A stretch of 63,641 nt of DNA from a virus (lineage: Duplodnaviria > Caudoviricetes). The position numbers were made by a program, and so were the translations under genes. This document shows, in pieces, positions 45,855 to 55,401 of the stretch; position 1 is the first letter of the stretch; each line of letters opens with the position of its first letter. Where the stretch lies: the IMG/VR virus record IMGVR_UViG_3300036830_000465, positions 1-63,641 of that record; one strand, written 5' to 3'. The notes under the pieces were generated by a model that saw only the letters and a list, made by a program, of their open reading frames with translations, searched no databases and was not told where the DNA came from.

Positions 45855-46354
45855 TGAGCGACGAATCGAAAATTGAATGGACGGAAATTCTAATTGAACG
45901 GTTCTGGTCTTATGTAGACCAGCGCGGTCCTGACGAATGCTGGCCGTGGAAGGCTGCCCGTTTTGAAAAAGGATATGGCCAATTTCGGGCCGGAAAACGA
46001 AAAGTGAAGGCCCATCGTTGCGCGCTGGAACTAACCATTGGTCCTTTGCCGGAAGGATTTCTATCACTCCACAAATGCGATAACCCGCCGTGCTGCAACC
46101 CGGGCCATCTTTTTTCTGGTACCACCAAAGCCAATGCAGAAGACAGAGAGCGTAAAGGTCGAGGATCAAAAGCGGCTCGCCCATCACTTCCAGGAGAGAG
46201 CAATCCAGCAGCGCGATTGGCGGAAAGCGACGTCATCGAAATTCGCAGGCAGTTGGGGATAAAGCATTGCAAGGAAGTCGCAGCGCTATTCAATGTGTCG
46301 CCATCAACGATCCGAGGAATTTGGAAGGGGGAAACGTGGGCATCAGTTCAATAG
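45854..46354 (+). CDS. HNH endonuclease carrying a DUF5131-like N-terminus
   Basis: MSDESKIEWTE then RFW, CWPW, AHR, LHKCDNPPCCNPGHL, C-terminal HTH. Confidence 0.88.
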   Translation: MSDESKIEWTEILIERFWSYVDQRGPDECWPWKAARFEKGYGQFRAGKRKVKAHRCALELTIGPLPEGFLSLHKCDNPPCCNPGHLFSGTTKANAEDRERKGRGSKAARPSLPGESNPAARLAESDVIEIRRQLGIKHCKEVAALFNVSPSTIRGIWKGETWASVQ

Positions 46355-47139
46355 AGTGGACCGACGTCGTTTGGAATTGCATTCGCGGCTGCGTCAAGGT
46401 CAGTCCGGGATGCAAAAACTGTTACGCCGAAACCTTCGCCGAGCGTTGGCGTGGCGTTCCCGGACATCCCTACGAGCAAGGCTTTGACCTGCGTTTGGTG
46501 CCGGAGAAATACGATGAACCGCGCAAATGGAAAAAGCCGCGAAAGATTTTCGTCAATTCGATGAGCGACCTGTTTCAGGACGATGTTCCCGAAATTGCAA
46601 TCTATCGAGTACTCGGAACAATTCAGGCGACACCGCAACATACCTATCAAATCCTAACGAAGAGGCCTGAACGTGCCCTTCGAATCTTTCAATCAATAAA
46701 ATGGGCTGGCTGGCCATTGCCGAACCTATGGTTGGGAGTGAGCGCGGAAAATCAGGAATGGGCCGACAAGCGCATCCCGCTGCTGCTGCAGACTCCGGCG
46801 GCCGTCAGGTTCGTGAGCTATGAGCCTGCGCTGGGGCCGGTGGATTTTAGAGCATGGCTTCTGCCTTACTTCTGCCCAACATGCGAAGCGAGAAATCTGA
46901 ATCGGCCATGTGCGGTATGTGGAAGAGAATGCTATTCCATTCCACGACTGAATCAAATAATTGTCGGCGGTGAATCCGGGCCTGGAGCCCGTTCCATAAA
47001 TCCCGAATGGGCAACCTCCGTTCGCGATCAGTGCGTTGACGCGAAGGTGCCGTTTTTCTTCAAGCAGTGGGGCGGAGTGCAAAAGAAAAAGGCGGGGCGA
47101 TTGTTGGAAGGCCGCGAATGGAATGAGTTTCCCGCATGA
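46336..47139 (+). CDS. DUF5131 (phage Gp37/Gp68) protein
   Basis: SIEWTD.VWN...GC.KVSPGC.NCYA, FVNSMSDLF, LTKRP, GGESG, FFFKQWGG. Confidence 0.92.
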   Translation: MGISSIEWTDVVWNCIRGCVKVSPGCKNCYAETFAERWRGVPGHPYEQGFDLRLVPEKYDEPRKWKKPRKIFVNSMSDLFQDDVPEIAIYRVLGTIQATPQHTYQILTKRPERALRIFQSIKWAGWPLPNLWLGVSAENQEWADKRIPLLLQTPAAVRFVSYEPALGPVDFRAWLLPYFCPTCEARNLNRPCAVCGRECYSIPRLNQIIVGGESGPGARSINPEWATSVRDQCVDAKVPFFFKQWGGVQKKKAGRLLEGREWNEFPA

Positions 47140-47312
47140 CCCACGGCACACTCACCGGCTACATCAACCACTACTGCAGGTGCGGGCTCTGCTGCAGTGC
47201 GCATTCCAAATATCAGGCCATGCGCTACCAGTTGCGCAAGCGGGGCAAGGTCAAGCTCGATGCGGTAAGGTTGTTTGTGTGGCTGGGGCAACAACTACGG
47301 GCCTCAAAATAA
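47136..47312 (+). CDS. HGT-CRC micro zinc-finger protein
   Basis: Manual translation MTHGTLTGYINHYCRCGLC... Confidence 0.55.
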   Translation: MTHGTLTGYINHYCRCGLCCSAHSKYQAMRYQLRKRGKVKLDAVRLFVWLGQQLRASK

Positions 47313-47336
47313 ATCCACGTCACGTTGCTTTTTATA

Positions 47337-47365
47337 TTGACACCGCAGCGTTTCCGATTTAAACT
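47337..47365 (+). promoter_or_regulatory. Sigma70 promoter
   Basis: TTGACA-17 nt-TAAACT. Confidence 0.7.
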
Positions 47366-47398
47366 CCTCTCATGATCGCAATTGAGGAGCGCAAAGCA

Positions 47399-47683
47399 AT
47401 GACAATCACAATCACAACGGAGCGTCACGGATCGATGACGTTGACTACTGAGCATGCGGCCTCCAGTTACCAGCAGTTGGTTGCCGTAAAGGACGGCCAG
47501 GCGTTCGGCCCTGCCGACGTATGGCAGGAGACAGTTTTTGGCGTAGAGACGGCGGCCAGGTTTGCAGCAGACATGTTCGGGATTTCCGGCCTGAGCCGTG
47601 GACAGCTACCGATGGATCAATTTGAGGCGCTGCGCAGATTTTGCGGTGAGCACATGCCTACGGCGTGGGCGGCAAATGTCTAA
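47399..47683 (+). CDS. Hypothetical protein
   Basis: GAGGAG RBS; LTTEHAASSY motif. Confidence 0.65.
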   Translation: MTITITTERHGSMTLTTEHAASSYQQLVAVKDGQAFGPADVWQETVFGVETAARFAADMFGISGLSRGQLPMDQFEALRRFCGEHMPTAWAANV

Positions 47684-47714
47684 TTCCACGATGGCAATCA
47701 CAGGGGAGAACGCA

Positions 47715-48125
47715 ATGAAGAATACGACGACGCTCTACAGTAACGGCAATATCACGATGGGGATGGAGGGCGCGGTGACGGTGTCGCAAAAACCGTCCGA
47801 GACGGCCGTCTACAAAAACGGTCAGCGAATCGCAATGCCACGGCCGCGATATGCGCTGTCGGCCGACCAGCCGCTCTCCGGTCAGCCGGGACGCGCAGAA
47901 TTTGAATCCGACCTGAGGAGCGTCCTCGCCGGTGCGTGCGGCCGGGAATATGCGGCCCAGCTGATCGCCGACACCTACAACAATCAGGACGGCGTGAGTC
48001 CGTACAGGCCCTCGGATGACATTGCCGATGGCGACTATCAGTATCTGCGGTCGCTCGGCGGGGACACCGGCGAGTTGGAACGGATTTATCGTGCTGCGTT
48101 TAACGCTGCCGTGGAGGCCGCGTAA
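47715..48125 (+). CDS. Hypothetical protein
   Basis: GGAG RBS before MKNTTT. Confidence 0.6.
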   Translation: MKNTTTLYSNGNITMGMEGAVTVSQKPSETAVYKNGQRIAMPRPRYALSADQPLSGQPGRAEFESDLRSVLAGACGREYAAQLIADTYNNQDGVSPYRPSDDIADGDYQYLRSLGGDTGELERIYRAAFNAAVEAA

Positions 48126-48130
48126 ATTCG

Positions 48131-48328
48131 ATGACCCGCCAGCAATATAAGGCCCTCCGCAAATCACTTGCCCTCTCACAGCGGGAGATGGGCGAACGGG
48201 TGGGCGTGGCGAAAAATACCATCCAGCGGCGCGAGGCTGGGGAGTTGCCGATTCCGCGGGAAGCCGAACTGGCTATTAAGTGCGTGGCGGAACACGGGCG
48301 ACGTAAGCCGCCGGCCGAATCGAACTAA
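48131..48328 (+). CDS. Small XRE HTH protein
   Basis: LRKSLALSQ.EM...VGV...TI.R.EAG..PIP. Confidence 0.8.
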   Translation: MTRQQYKALRKSLALSQREMGERVGVAKNTIQRREAGELPIPREAELAIKCVAEHGRRKPPAESN

Positions 48329-48528
48329 CTAATCGGCTCCTCCGGCAAGAGTTTCGCGAGGTCCATAGGCTGCCCGGTCTGGCTCTGGTACCCCTCCGCA
48401 ACCGCTCGCGCAATCGCTTCCAATCCTTGAATCATCGCCACGTCTTTTTCCGCTCCGGTTCCGGTGGCGGCCGTCCGCGCCAGCCCGGTAACCAATTCCA
48501 GTATCAGTAGAATAGCTTCCATGTTCAT
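48325..48528 (-). CDS. Hypothetical protein (lysis module end)
   Basis: GGAG RBS; coupled. Confidence 0.5.
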   Translation of the reverse strand: MNMEAILLILELVTGLARTAATGTGAEKDVAMIQGLEAIARAVAEGYQSQTGQPMDLAKLLPEEPIS

Positions 48529-48713
48529 GATTTCTCTCCTTTATCAATGAAGTCCGCAACCTTGTCTTGCGCCTGAGAAAGCAGATTGATGGCATCCGTC
48601 AACAGCACATCGCATCCGGCTTCTTCAACAACGCGAATCGCCTCGCGAATTGCCAGTTCTGCTGGAGTCATCGAGTAGACCTGATTGCGGCGTGGGACAT
48701 CCCCCTCACTCAC
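48525..48713 (-). CDS. Hypothetical protein
   Basis: AGGAG RBS; coupled. Confidence 0.55.
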   Translation of the reverse strand: MSEGDVPRRNQVYSMTPAELAIREAIRVVEEAGCDVLLTDAINLLSQAQDKVADFIDKGEKS

Positions 48714-49066
48714 GGCCTGACTCCTTTGAATGCGGCAATCGCTTTGTTGAGCGCGGCCACAGCGGCGTTTAGTTTGGCGAGTTGCTGGTCCGCGGGCAAT
48801 CCCGCATGAATCGCCTTGTCGTATTCCTGCAGTGCTGGCGCCGCGATGTTGTAGGACGTGACAATCGCGTTCATTGCCGGTTTGAGTGTGGCCGGTAGCA
48901 CGCCCGAGGCAAACTGGTCGCGACTCACATCAATGAGCGTCTTAGCCCCGCTGATGGCATCGTAGGTGGTGGACTCAAACTGATTCGCCGCGCCGGGATG
49001 AATCACGTACCCATGGCAGGCGGTGAGGGACAGAGCGAGGCAGACTGACATGATAAACAGTTTCAT
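48710..49066 (-). CDS. Lipoprotein, possible spanin component
   Basis: MKLFIMSVCLALSLTAC lipobox; helical; lysis context. Confidence 0.6.
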   Translation of the reverse strand: MKLFIMSVCLALSLTACHGYVIHPGAANQFESTTYDAISGAKTLIDVSRDQFASGVLPATLKPAMNAIVTSYNIAAPALQEYDKAIHAGLPADQQLAKLNAAVAALNKAIAAFKGVRP

Positions 49067-49308
49067 GGTTTTTTCTCCGGTGGTGGTGTCGTGGAGACGG
49101 TTTCCGTGACCGAGCCATTCGGCAACGGCCGCTTCAGGGAATTGATGAGTGTGGTCATGGCGACGATGACCGCGCCAATCGTGTTCATGGCCCACGTCGA
49201 GGCCGTGTTGTCGTGCCAGTGGATGAAGAACAGCAGGCAGATCATCAGCGCCAGCAGGATGACGAGCAAAAGTAGTTCGGCGAAATTGGTTTGAATGAAA
49301 TCCTTCAT
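49063..49308 (-). CDS. Holin-like two-TM protein
   Basis: Two TM helices next to the endolysin. Confidence 0.6.
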   Translation of the reverse strand: MKDFIQTNFAELLLLVILLALMICLLFFIHWHDNTASTWAMNTIGAVIVAMTTLINSLKRPLPNGSVTETVSTTPPPEKKP

Positions 49309-49703
49309 GTGAGCCTTTCTCCCGGTGTTTCGGCAACGACCTGCAGGCGGTTGTCGCCCGCCTTTGCCAGCGAGTCCACGTGTTCGCGTACAACACGGCT
49401 TTGAACGATGCAGCCCTTCGAGGCCATTCCCATGTGCTGCGCAGAGTCGCCGTGCATGCGGAATTCCGAGCGTCCAAACATTTCATTGGAGGCGTCTGGC
49501 GTGAGATTCATCGTCACAGGCCCGAGCGTTGGATGTTCATAAGCCGGACCGATGGTGTACCAGCCGCACGGCAACGGGCCAGTCTCGTGAACCGACTGCA
49601 TGTCCGGATTGTTCTTTCCGGTGTAGCGGCCAGCGTAACCGGAGCCGACAAGAAATCCGTTGTGGAGCAGGGAGCCGGTGCGTTGCACGTAAGTCCATGT
49701 CAT
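49305..49703 (-). CDS. Tlde1/DUF2778 (L,D-transpeptidase fold) putative endolysin
   Basis: GYAG, GPLP.G.Y.I, RS.F.MHGD......AS.GCI (HxxxxC-type catalytic pair). Confidence 0.78.
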   Translation of the reverse strand: MTWTYVQRTGSLLHNGFLVGSGYAGRYTGKNNPDMQSVHETGPLPCGWYTIGPAYEHPTLGPVTMNLTPDASNEMFGRSEFRMHGDSAQHMGMASKGCIVQSRVVREHVDSLAKAGDNRLQVVAETPGERLT

Positions 49704-50060
49704 TTATTCGTACCTATCCTCACCCCTGCCGCGCTTCTGCTTCTTGAACCATCCCGCAAACTGCAATCCCAGCGAGCTAAAAATCCCCGCGCCAATCATG
49801 CGCAGCAGCCATGTATCGCTTTCAGCGAGATTCTCCAGCGACGTGATGCGCTGGTTCGAACTGAATCGGTAGTCCTGTAGGTCTCGAATCTCGCGCTCGG
49901 AATTGGCGATGTGCGTGTCAATGCGATCAGCCAGCACTTCGGTTGAGGGCACGTAGTGGTAGTCGTTCTGCGCAAAGACGGCGATATCCCGTCCGAGGCA
50001 ATACAGCATGACGATGAGACAGGCGGCCAGTACGGGCCCGCGCATTTTCATTTCAATCAC
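49704..50060 (-). CDS. Membrane protein (lysis module)
   Basis: N- and C-terminal hydrophobic helices with coiled coil between. Confidence 0.55.
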   Translation of the reverse strand: MIEMKMRGPVLAACLIVMLYCLGRDIAVFAQNDYHYVPSTEVLADRIDTHIANSEREIRDLQDYRFSSNQRITSLENLAESDTWLLRMIGAGIFSSLGLQFAGWFKKQKRGRGEDRYE

Positions 50061-50277
50061 CGCCCCGGTGGATGGTCAGTGGACTATTGAATCGCTGCAG
50101 CATGGCGACGGTCAGCAGGACCACGAGGACAATTGCGACATAGCGGATGATGTCCTTGGTTCGGGCGCTAAGCGGTAGCAGCGGGAGCCATACCGCCAGA
50201 GTCCCGCCGGACAAAAGCCAGATGGTCAGAATCGACATAATGAGGTAGCCATACCCCGGCTGAAAAATGTTGCGCAT
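50053..50277 (-). CDS. Two-TM membrane protein
   Basis: GGAGG RBS; two TMs. Confidence 0.55.
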   Translation of the reverse strand: MRNIFQPGYGYLIMSILTIWLLSGGTLAVWLPLLPLSARTKDIIRYVAIVLVVLLTVAMLQRFNSPLTIHRGGD

Positions 50278-50291
50278 GAGACCTCCAATCG

Positions 50292-52907
50292 TTAAGGCGT
50301 TTGCGTCACTGTGGCAGCCAGTCGTCCGGCCACCGTCCCGTCAATCGTGGCATCCTGCCCAGCGGTAAAGATTTTGTTGACGTCCGGCCCCCACAGCAGG
50401 AAATGCCCGCCGCTGGAGCCGTCCCAGAGCGCCAGCTGCGTCACGGTGACCGCGGGCATGGAATCGAATTCCACCAGTGCTTGATAGTCGAGGGAGAAGA
50501 GTGTGTTGCCCAGCAGCAGCGTCCCTGTGTCCGCCCAATCCGCAATGGTGGCAATCTGGCGCGCGTAGGAACCGCCAGCGACTTCATTGCCGCCGGTGTC
50601 GTCCTTCGCTCCTGTGTGCAATGCCCAATAACAGGGCGCGCTGGTAAAGCCGGTAGCCTTGAAAATGTATTCGAGTAATTTGTTGGCCAGGTACACGCTG
50701 AAGTTTGCCGAGAGCTTGACGACGAGCGAGCCCACGTCGAAAAACGGCGCTTTCCCGGCCTTCAGGGTCACCGGGTAATTCAGGGTGACGCCCATCAGGA
50801 ACGTTCCACCGCTGGAGGAATCCCAGAACCCCACATCCGTGATGGTGGTCAGCGGTGTCGCCGTGAACTGGATCAGCGTCCGGTTTGCAATTTGACGATT
50901 GGCTGCCGTACCCCAAAAGGAAGCGTTTGCCGCAAACCGCCCGTAGCTGCCGCCGGTGACCTCGTTTGCGCCAGTGAGTCCGGTACGCCCCGTATGCAGC
51001 GAAATGTAAATCGGCGACACCAGAAAATCGATGTCCTTGAGCACCTTGTCCAGTAGCGATTGCGCAAACGAATCCGGAGGCGGTGGTGGTGGAGGCGGTG
51101 AACCCGAGAGCGGGATCCCGATCGCGCCCACATAGAACGAGCCGCCGGTGTCGCCGTCCGAAATGCTGATCGCGTTGATGCTCGTGGTCCCGGCCAGCAT
51201 GTCCATCCAGGAGGAGAACGTGACGCCGGCATCAATGGAGACCCGGTACTGGCCAGCATGGCCGGCGGCATCCAGTTGCAGGCGAGTGTCGTATGGCATA
51301 TCCGGAACGTAATCGCCCAGATCGATGAAGCTGGAGGCGCCGTAGTCGAACGCCTGGATCTTGCCGCCCGGTCCGAGGCGCACGGCCGCGCGGTCGCTGG
51401 CATCGAGCGAACCGCCCGACTGCAGCAGAAACGCCATGCTGCTGGTCGGGGTGTTGTAATCGGCCTGCAGAATGACAATCACGGTGCCCGTATCGAATGG
51501 CGCGCAGAATCGGCGCGCTCCGGAGAATGTGGTCGGTGTGCACTTCGCCGCGTTGCCGGCATCGCCGCCGGCCGGTGCGGTGACCACCGTTACCGGCTGG
51601 TCGCCCTGGTCTTCCCAGTCGCCCACCCAGTTGGTCCCGCCGCTGTTGCCGGCCAGCGGAGCGCTCGTGGTGTAGGCAAAATCCTCGATCGGCGGATCCC
51701 CGGAAGGAGGCGGCGCGGAGCCATCGAACTCGAACGCACCACGAGACGGAGGGCTTGAAAACAGCAAACCATCGGCATCGAGCGCAACCCCAACATCGAC
51801 GCCAGCGCCAATGCAGGGGCTCCCGGACTGGAGATGGAAATCCTCGGCGGACGGATCGACAAACAGCGGGTCACCGTCCGAATCGACCCAGTTGTGGGAT
51901 AGCGTGGTGCCGACACCGTTGTCTGTGATGCCCGCCCCGTTGCCCACCGCAATACAGTTTTTGGCAGCGCAATCGATTTCGGCGGATCCGAAAATGAGAA
52001 TCGCGTCGAGCTGGTTGCCGTACAGAACGCAATTGAGAAGTTGCGCCAGAGTCTCAGAATTACTGAGCTGCACCCCAGGCCCGGAATTGTTGTAGATGAG
52101 GCAGCAATAGACGAGATTCCGGTCGCCCGACTGCAGAACAAGGCCACCCGCGCCACCGTTTTCCACGAGGTCGTTGTCGTGGATTCGCACGTACCGCAGG
52201 ATGCAATCGTTAATGACGCCGCCATGCCCCTGATCATTGAATTGGATTCCGTAGCCGTGCGGGGCGTGGTCGTACTCGCCGCCATCGATCAGCAGGTACG
52301 ATCCGACGTTCCAGTACAGGTTATGGTTCTGATTCGTGTCGTTGCCGTTGTGGTGGCCATGGCAGTTGATCAGCTCGATGTAGTCGCCGCCCAGCAAGGC
52401 CCCCTGGTTGAACGCGCCCGTCCACTCCACGTTAACGAATCGGAAGTGATTCATCCCGGCGCCGCTGGCTTGAATGGCGCAATTTAGCTGAGCGGTACCG
52501 CGCCCGGCCGGAATGTTGTACGTCGGGTCGCCCGGGTCAAGGAAGCCGTTCGAGCCGGTGGAATCAAATTTGATGTCCTGAACGATGACGTAATCGCCAT
52601 TGAACATCGCGCAACCGATCGGATCGGTGGAAGTGGCGACGACGGTTTCGCCGGGATATGCGGAGATCTTGACCGGCGCGGACCAGTCGGTGCCGGAGGG
52701 GTAATCCCAGGCATCGAAACTCGGACCCATGCCAAAGATGTATCCAGCATTGGGATGCGTTCCAGCGAGAGTTCCCTCGCGAATCCAAAGCGTCTCGCCG
52801 GGCCCGCGGTCCAGAACGGCAGTCTTCAGATCATTGAATGGCGCACCTATCGACCCATCGCCACCGCCAGCCGCGCCAACGTCGAGGAAGAATTCCGTGA
52901 CTGGCAT
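50292..52907 (-). CDS. Tail spike/fibre: parallel beta-helix, lectin-like domain, tandem C-terminal repeats
   Basis: N/G/I-rich helix repeats, DP.FVD....DFHLQSGSPCIGAG, two Y..LHTG...G.NEV.GGSY.R domains. Confidence 0.75.
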   Translation of the reverse strand: MPVTEFFLDVGAAGGGDGSIGAPFNDLKTAVLDRGPGETLWIREGTLAGTHPNAGYIFGMGPSFDAWDYPSGTDWSAPVKISAYPGETVVATSTDPIGCAMFNGDYVIVQDIKFDSTGSNGFLDPGDPTYNIPAGRGTAQLNCAIQASGAGMNHFRFVNVEWTGAFNQGALLGGDYIELINCHGHHNGNDTNQNHNLYWNVGSYLLIDGGEYDHAPHGYGIQFNDQGHGGVINDCILRYVRIHDNDLVENGGAGGLVLQSGDRNLVYCCLIYNNSGPGVQLSNSETLAQLLNCVLYGNQLDAILIFGSAEIDCAAKNCIAVGNGAGITDNGVGTTLSHNWVDSDGDPLFVDPSAEDFHLQSGSPCIGAGVDVGVALDADGLLFSSPPSRGAFEFDGSAPPPSGDPPIEDFAYTTSAPLAGNSGGTNWVGDWEDQGDQPVTVVTAPAGGDAGNAAKCTPTTFSGARRFCAPFDTGTVIVILQADYNTPTSSMAFLLQSGGSLDASDRAAVRLGPGGKIQAFDYGASSFIDLGDYVPDMPYDTRLQLDAAGHAGQYRVSIDAGVTFSSWMDMLAGTTSINAISISDGDTGGSFYVGAIGIPLSGSPPPPPPPPDSFAQSLLDKVLKDIDFLVSPIYISLHTGRTGLTGANEVTGGSYGRFAANASFWGTAANRQIANRTLIQFTATPLTTITDVGFWDSSSGGTFLMGVTLNYPVTLKAGKAPFFDVGSLVVKLSANFSVYLANKLLEYIFKATGFTSAPCYWALHTGAKDDTGGNEVAGGSYARQIATIADWADTGTLLLGNTLFSLDYQALVEFDSMPAVTVTQLALWDGSSGGHFLLWGPDVNKIFTAGQDATIDGTVAGRLAATVTQTP

Positions 52908-53194
52908 CAGGCTTCACCCGCCAGAATCTTCAGCCGCTGGATTTCTGCCGCGTCGGCTTTTGCCTTTGCGGCATCCGCTTTCGCGCGCGCCTCTGCCTGA
53001 GCCAGAATCCTGCGGATATCGCAATCGCGGTTCATCAGGTACTTGTCATGCAATCGCAGGTGATGGTTATCGACGCGCAACTCACCAATGGCGATATAGG
53101 CCTTCTGTAGTTCTTCGCGCAGGACGGTCTCGGTGGGCCGGGCGTGAATCGCCGTCAAGATTTCTGGATGAAGCGGCTGGAATCGCACTCTCAT
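52907..53194 (-). CDS. Hypothetical protein
   Basis: Coupled at both ends. Confidence 0.5.
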   Translation of the reverse strand: MRVRFQPLHPEILTAIHARPTETVLREELQKAYIAIGELRVDNHHLRLHDKYLMNRDCDIRRILAQAEARAKADAAKAKADAAEIQRLKILAGEA

Positions 53195-55401
53195 GCCGCC
53201 TCGATGTCTTCGACGGTCAAACCACCGCCGATAGAAAACGTTGCCGAGAGGCCCGGCGAGGTGTCCGGTAGAACCGGTTCCACATAGCCAGAGAGAATCA
53301 ATTGCGCGGTTTTCGGCGAAGGAGTCAGCCGCGTTTCCAGAATCACGATGCGCGTTGACACAAAGCCGGAATCGCCAATCCCCTCGATGTGCGTAACCGC
53401 GCAAATGTCGCCCAGATCAATACTGTCGAAATTCTCGATATCGGTTTCCAGTTCGGCCTGGTTGCCGTTTTCGCGCCGCAGTGACAGGTAAAGCGCTCCA
53501 AGGCTGTAGGGAACACTCGGATCCCCGTCGAGCGATCGCGCAAACCACAGACTCAGATTGTCCGGGATATCGTTTTTGAGATTGACCTTTTCCGCTTCGC
53601 TGACAATGTCCGGGGTGTGCCCAAAATATTCATTGCCCGGACTCGCATAGTTGTAGTCGTAATTGACCTGGAGTCGGGAGGCGAAGTCGGCGGAACTATA
53701 GCCGCGCTGCTTAAACGTGCCCTTGATGATGCCGCGGCCTTCAGACACCGTCAGCGCCGGGGTTTTCGTCAGGCCGATGAAATCGAGCGCCCACAGGCCA
53801 TTCCGTTTTCGGAACATCCGCAGGCCCCAGCTCTTGAGGAATCGCCCGATGATATCGCTCAAGGCAAAATCGGCCTTCGTGACAATCAGCGTGCCGCTAT
53901 AACCGCGATCATCGAACTCGGTTTTGACCCGGTCCCAGGACACCGCGTCGAATTCCGAACCATCGGCGGCAAAGCCTGCCCGGGTTTTGAGGAAATATTC
54001 AAACAGGTAAATCGGCCGGCTCTCGTAAGCCATGCCGCCCGCCAGCACGCCATCCCCGGACCAGGTGACCTCGGTTTCATCGGTCGTGTGTACCGTAAAG
54101 TCCCGCGGATCCGCCGCGAATGTGATGATGGTAAAAACCTCGCCACCGGTCGCTGTAAACGTGTCGAGCGTGTAATCGGTCGTGATGGTTTTCAGTTTGC
54201 CGTAGACGTAGACACTGGACACCGTGACCGCTTCATGCGCCGCCACATAGATAAAGTTCACCGGATCAATGCAGAAAGCGGGAAGCTGCCCGGCGTTGTC
54301 GCCCGAGCTCGAGGGCTGAACGCGGCCACCGACCCAGGGGATGAGATACCCCTGCATGTAATTGGGCGTCGCGTTGGGATAGCCGCCGGACACCAGACGT
54401 TTAAGGTATTTGGTAGCGGGCGCCTTGAACCGATCGAGCGAATCATCGGAAACCTCGACCTGAAATTCATCATTGGCGGCAATCCAGTCGCTGATAACGC
54501 CGGTGAATGTCTCCGAAAACGAACTGGCGCCGTCGTTGGGATCGCCCTGTAGTGTGCGCACCGTGCGCCCGCGCCATGCCTGATCCGCCCGCAGGCGCGA
54601 GAAAGACTGATCGCTGTTTTGGAATGTGATGATGACGCTGCCCACACTGAACAGGCCGCACAATCTGGGAATCTGCCGGACGATCGAGCCAATCGAGAGA
54701 ACCCGCTTTTCGTAGAACTTCGCCGGGGTCTCCGAGCCATCCATGGCAAACAGGCGCGTCGCGTCGTCGAACTCCATCTCCACCAGCGGAATGAATTGCC
54801 GGACGTTCGGATCCACGCTGGCCGGGGCGGCCGCTTCCAGAAGATCCAGATTCTCGGAATATCCGGAGGCATCATTGCCGGTCCCCACGCTGTCGTTGTA
54901 GCCGGCCATCACTGCGATATACCGGAATGATGTGGCGGTCACCGTGATCGAGAGCGTTTTGATCAGCACCGTGCGCGCCGCATCGGTATAGACCTTGCAG
55001 CTGAGGGTATTGCCCGAACGCTCCAGCACGCAGTAGTACGGCGTATCGAGCGACATGCTCATCGTGTCGTTGGTGCCGCCGGTGGTTTCCAGCGCCAGCG
55101 TGCGCGCGCTCGAATATGCATAGAGCGCGTGGTAGGCGCCATCGACGTCGGCGGCCCGGAAGTCACCCGCGGCATTCGAGGCCAGCCAGTAGGCGAGCGT
55201 CGCCACGCCGCTGGCGCTGTGCAGATAAATAGTGATCAGGTGCCGGAAGTCTCCGGCCAAATGTCCGGCGCCCAGATCCACCTGAACGCTGCCATTATCA
55301 TTGCGGGTTTCGAAGGCCGCCGCGGTGACGCGGGAGGCGGCAACGGTGAGGGCACTCCCGGCGTCGGTTTCAATGTAGCTGCTGAAATTCTCGATGCTCA
55401 T
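53191..55401 (-). CDS. Tail tip/hub protein
   Basis: 736 aa after distal tail gene; FTGVI, LGDI.AVTH motifs. Confidence 0.65.
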   Translation of the reverse strand: MSIENFSSYIETDAGSALTVAASRVTAAAFETRNDNGSVQVDLGAGHLAGDFRHLITIYLHSASGVATLAYWLASNAAGDFRAADVDGAYHALYAYSSARTLALETTGGTNDTMSMSLDTPYYCVLERSGNTLSCKVYTDAARTVLIKTLSITVTATSFRYIAVMAGYNDSVGTGNDASGYSENLDLLEAAAPASVDPNVRQFIPLVEMEFDDATRLFAMDGSETPAKFYEKRVLSIGSIVRQIPRLCGLFSVGSVIITFQNSDQSFSRLRADQAWRGRTVRTLQGDPNDGASSFSETFTGVISDWIAANDEFQVEVSDDSLDRFKAPATKYLKRLVSGGYPNATPNYMQGYLIPWVGGRVQPSSSGDNAGQLPAFCIDPVNFIYVAAHEAVTVSSVYVYGKLKTITTDYTLDTFTATGGEVFTIITFAADPRDFTVHTTDETEVTWSGDGVLAGGMAYESRPIYLFEYFLKTRAGFAADGSEFDAVSWDRVKTEFDDRGYSGTLIVTKADFALSDIIGRFLKSWGLRMFRKRNGLWALDFIGLTKTPALTVSEGRGIIKGTFKQRGYSSADFASRLQVNYDYNYASPGNEYFGHTPDIVSEAEKVNLKNDIPDNLSLWFARSLDGDPSVPYSLGALYLSLRRENGNQAELETDIENFDSIDLGDICAVTHIEGIGDSGFVSTRIVILETRLTPSPKTAQLILSGYVEPVLPDTSPGLSATFSIGGGLTVEDIEAA

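Noticed and set aside
45854-46365. Group I intron in DUF5131
   Set aside because: No non-coding space for a ribozyme core; the downstream gene has its own RBS and GTG
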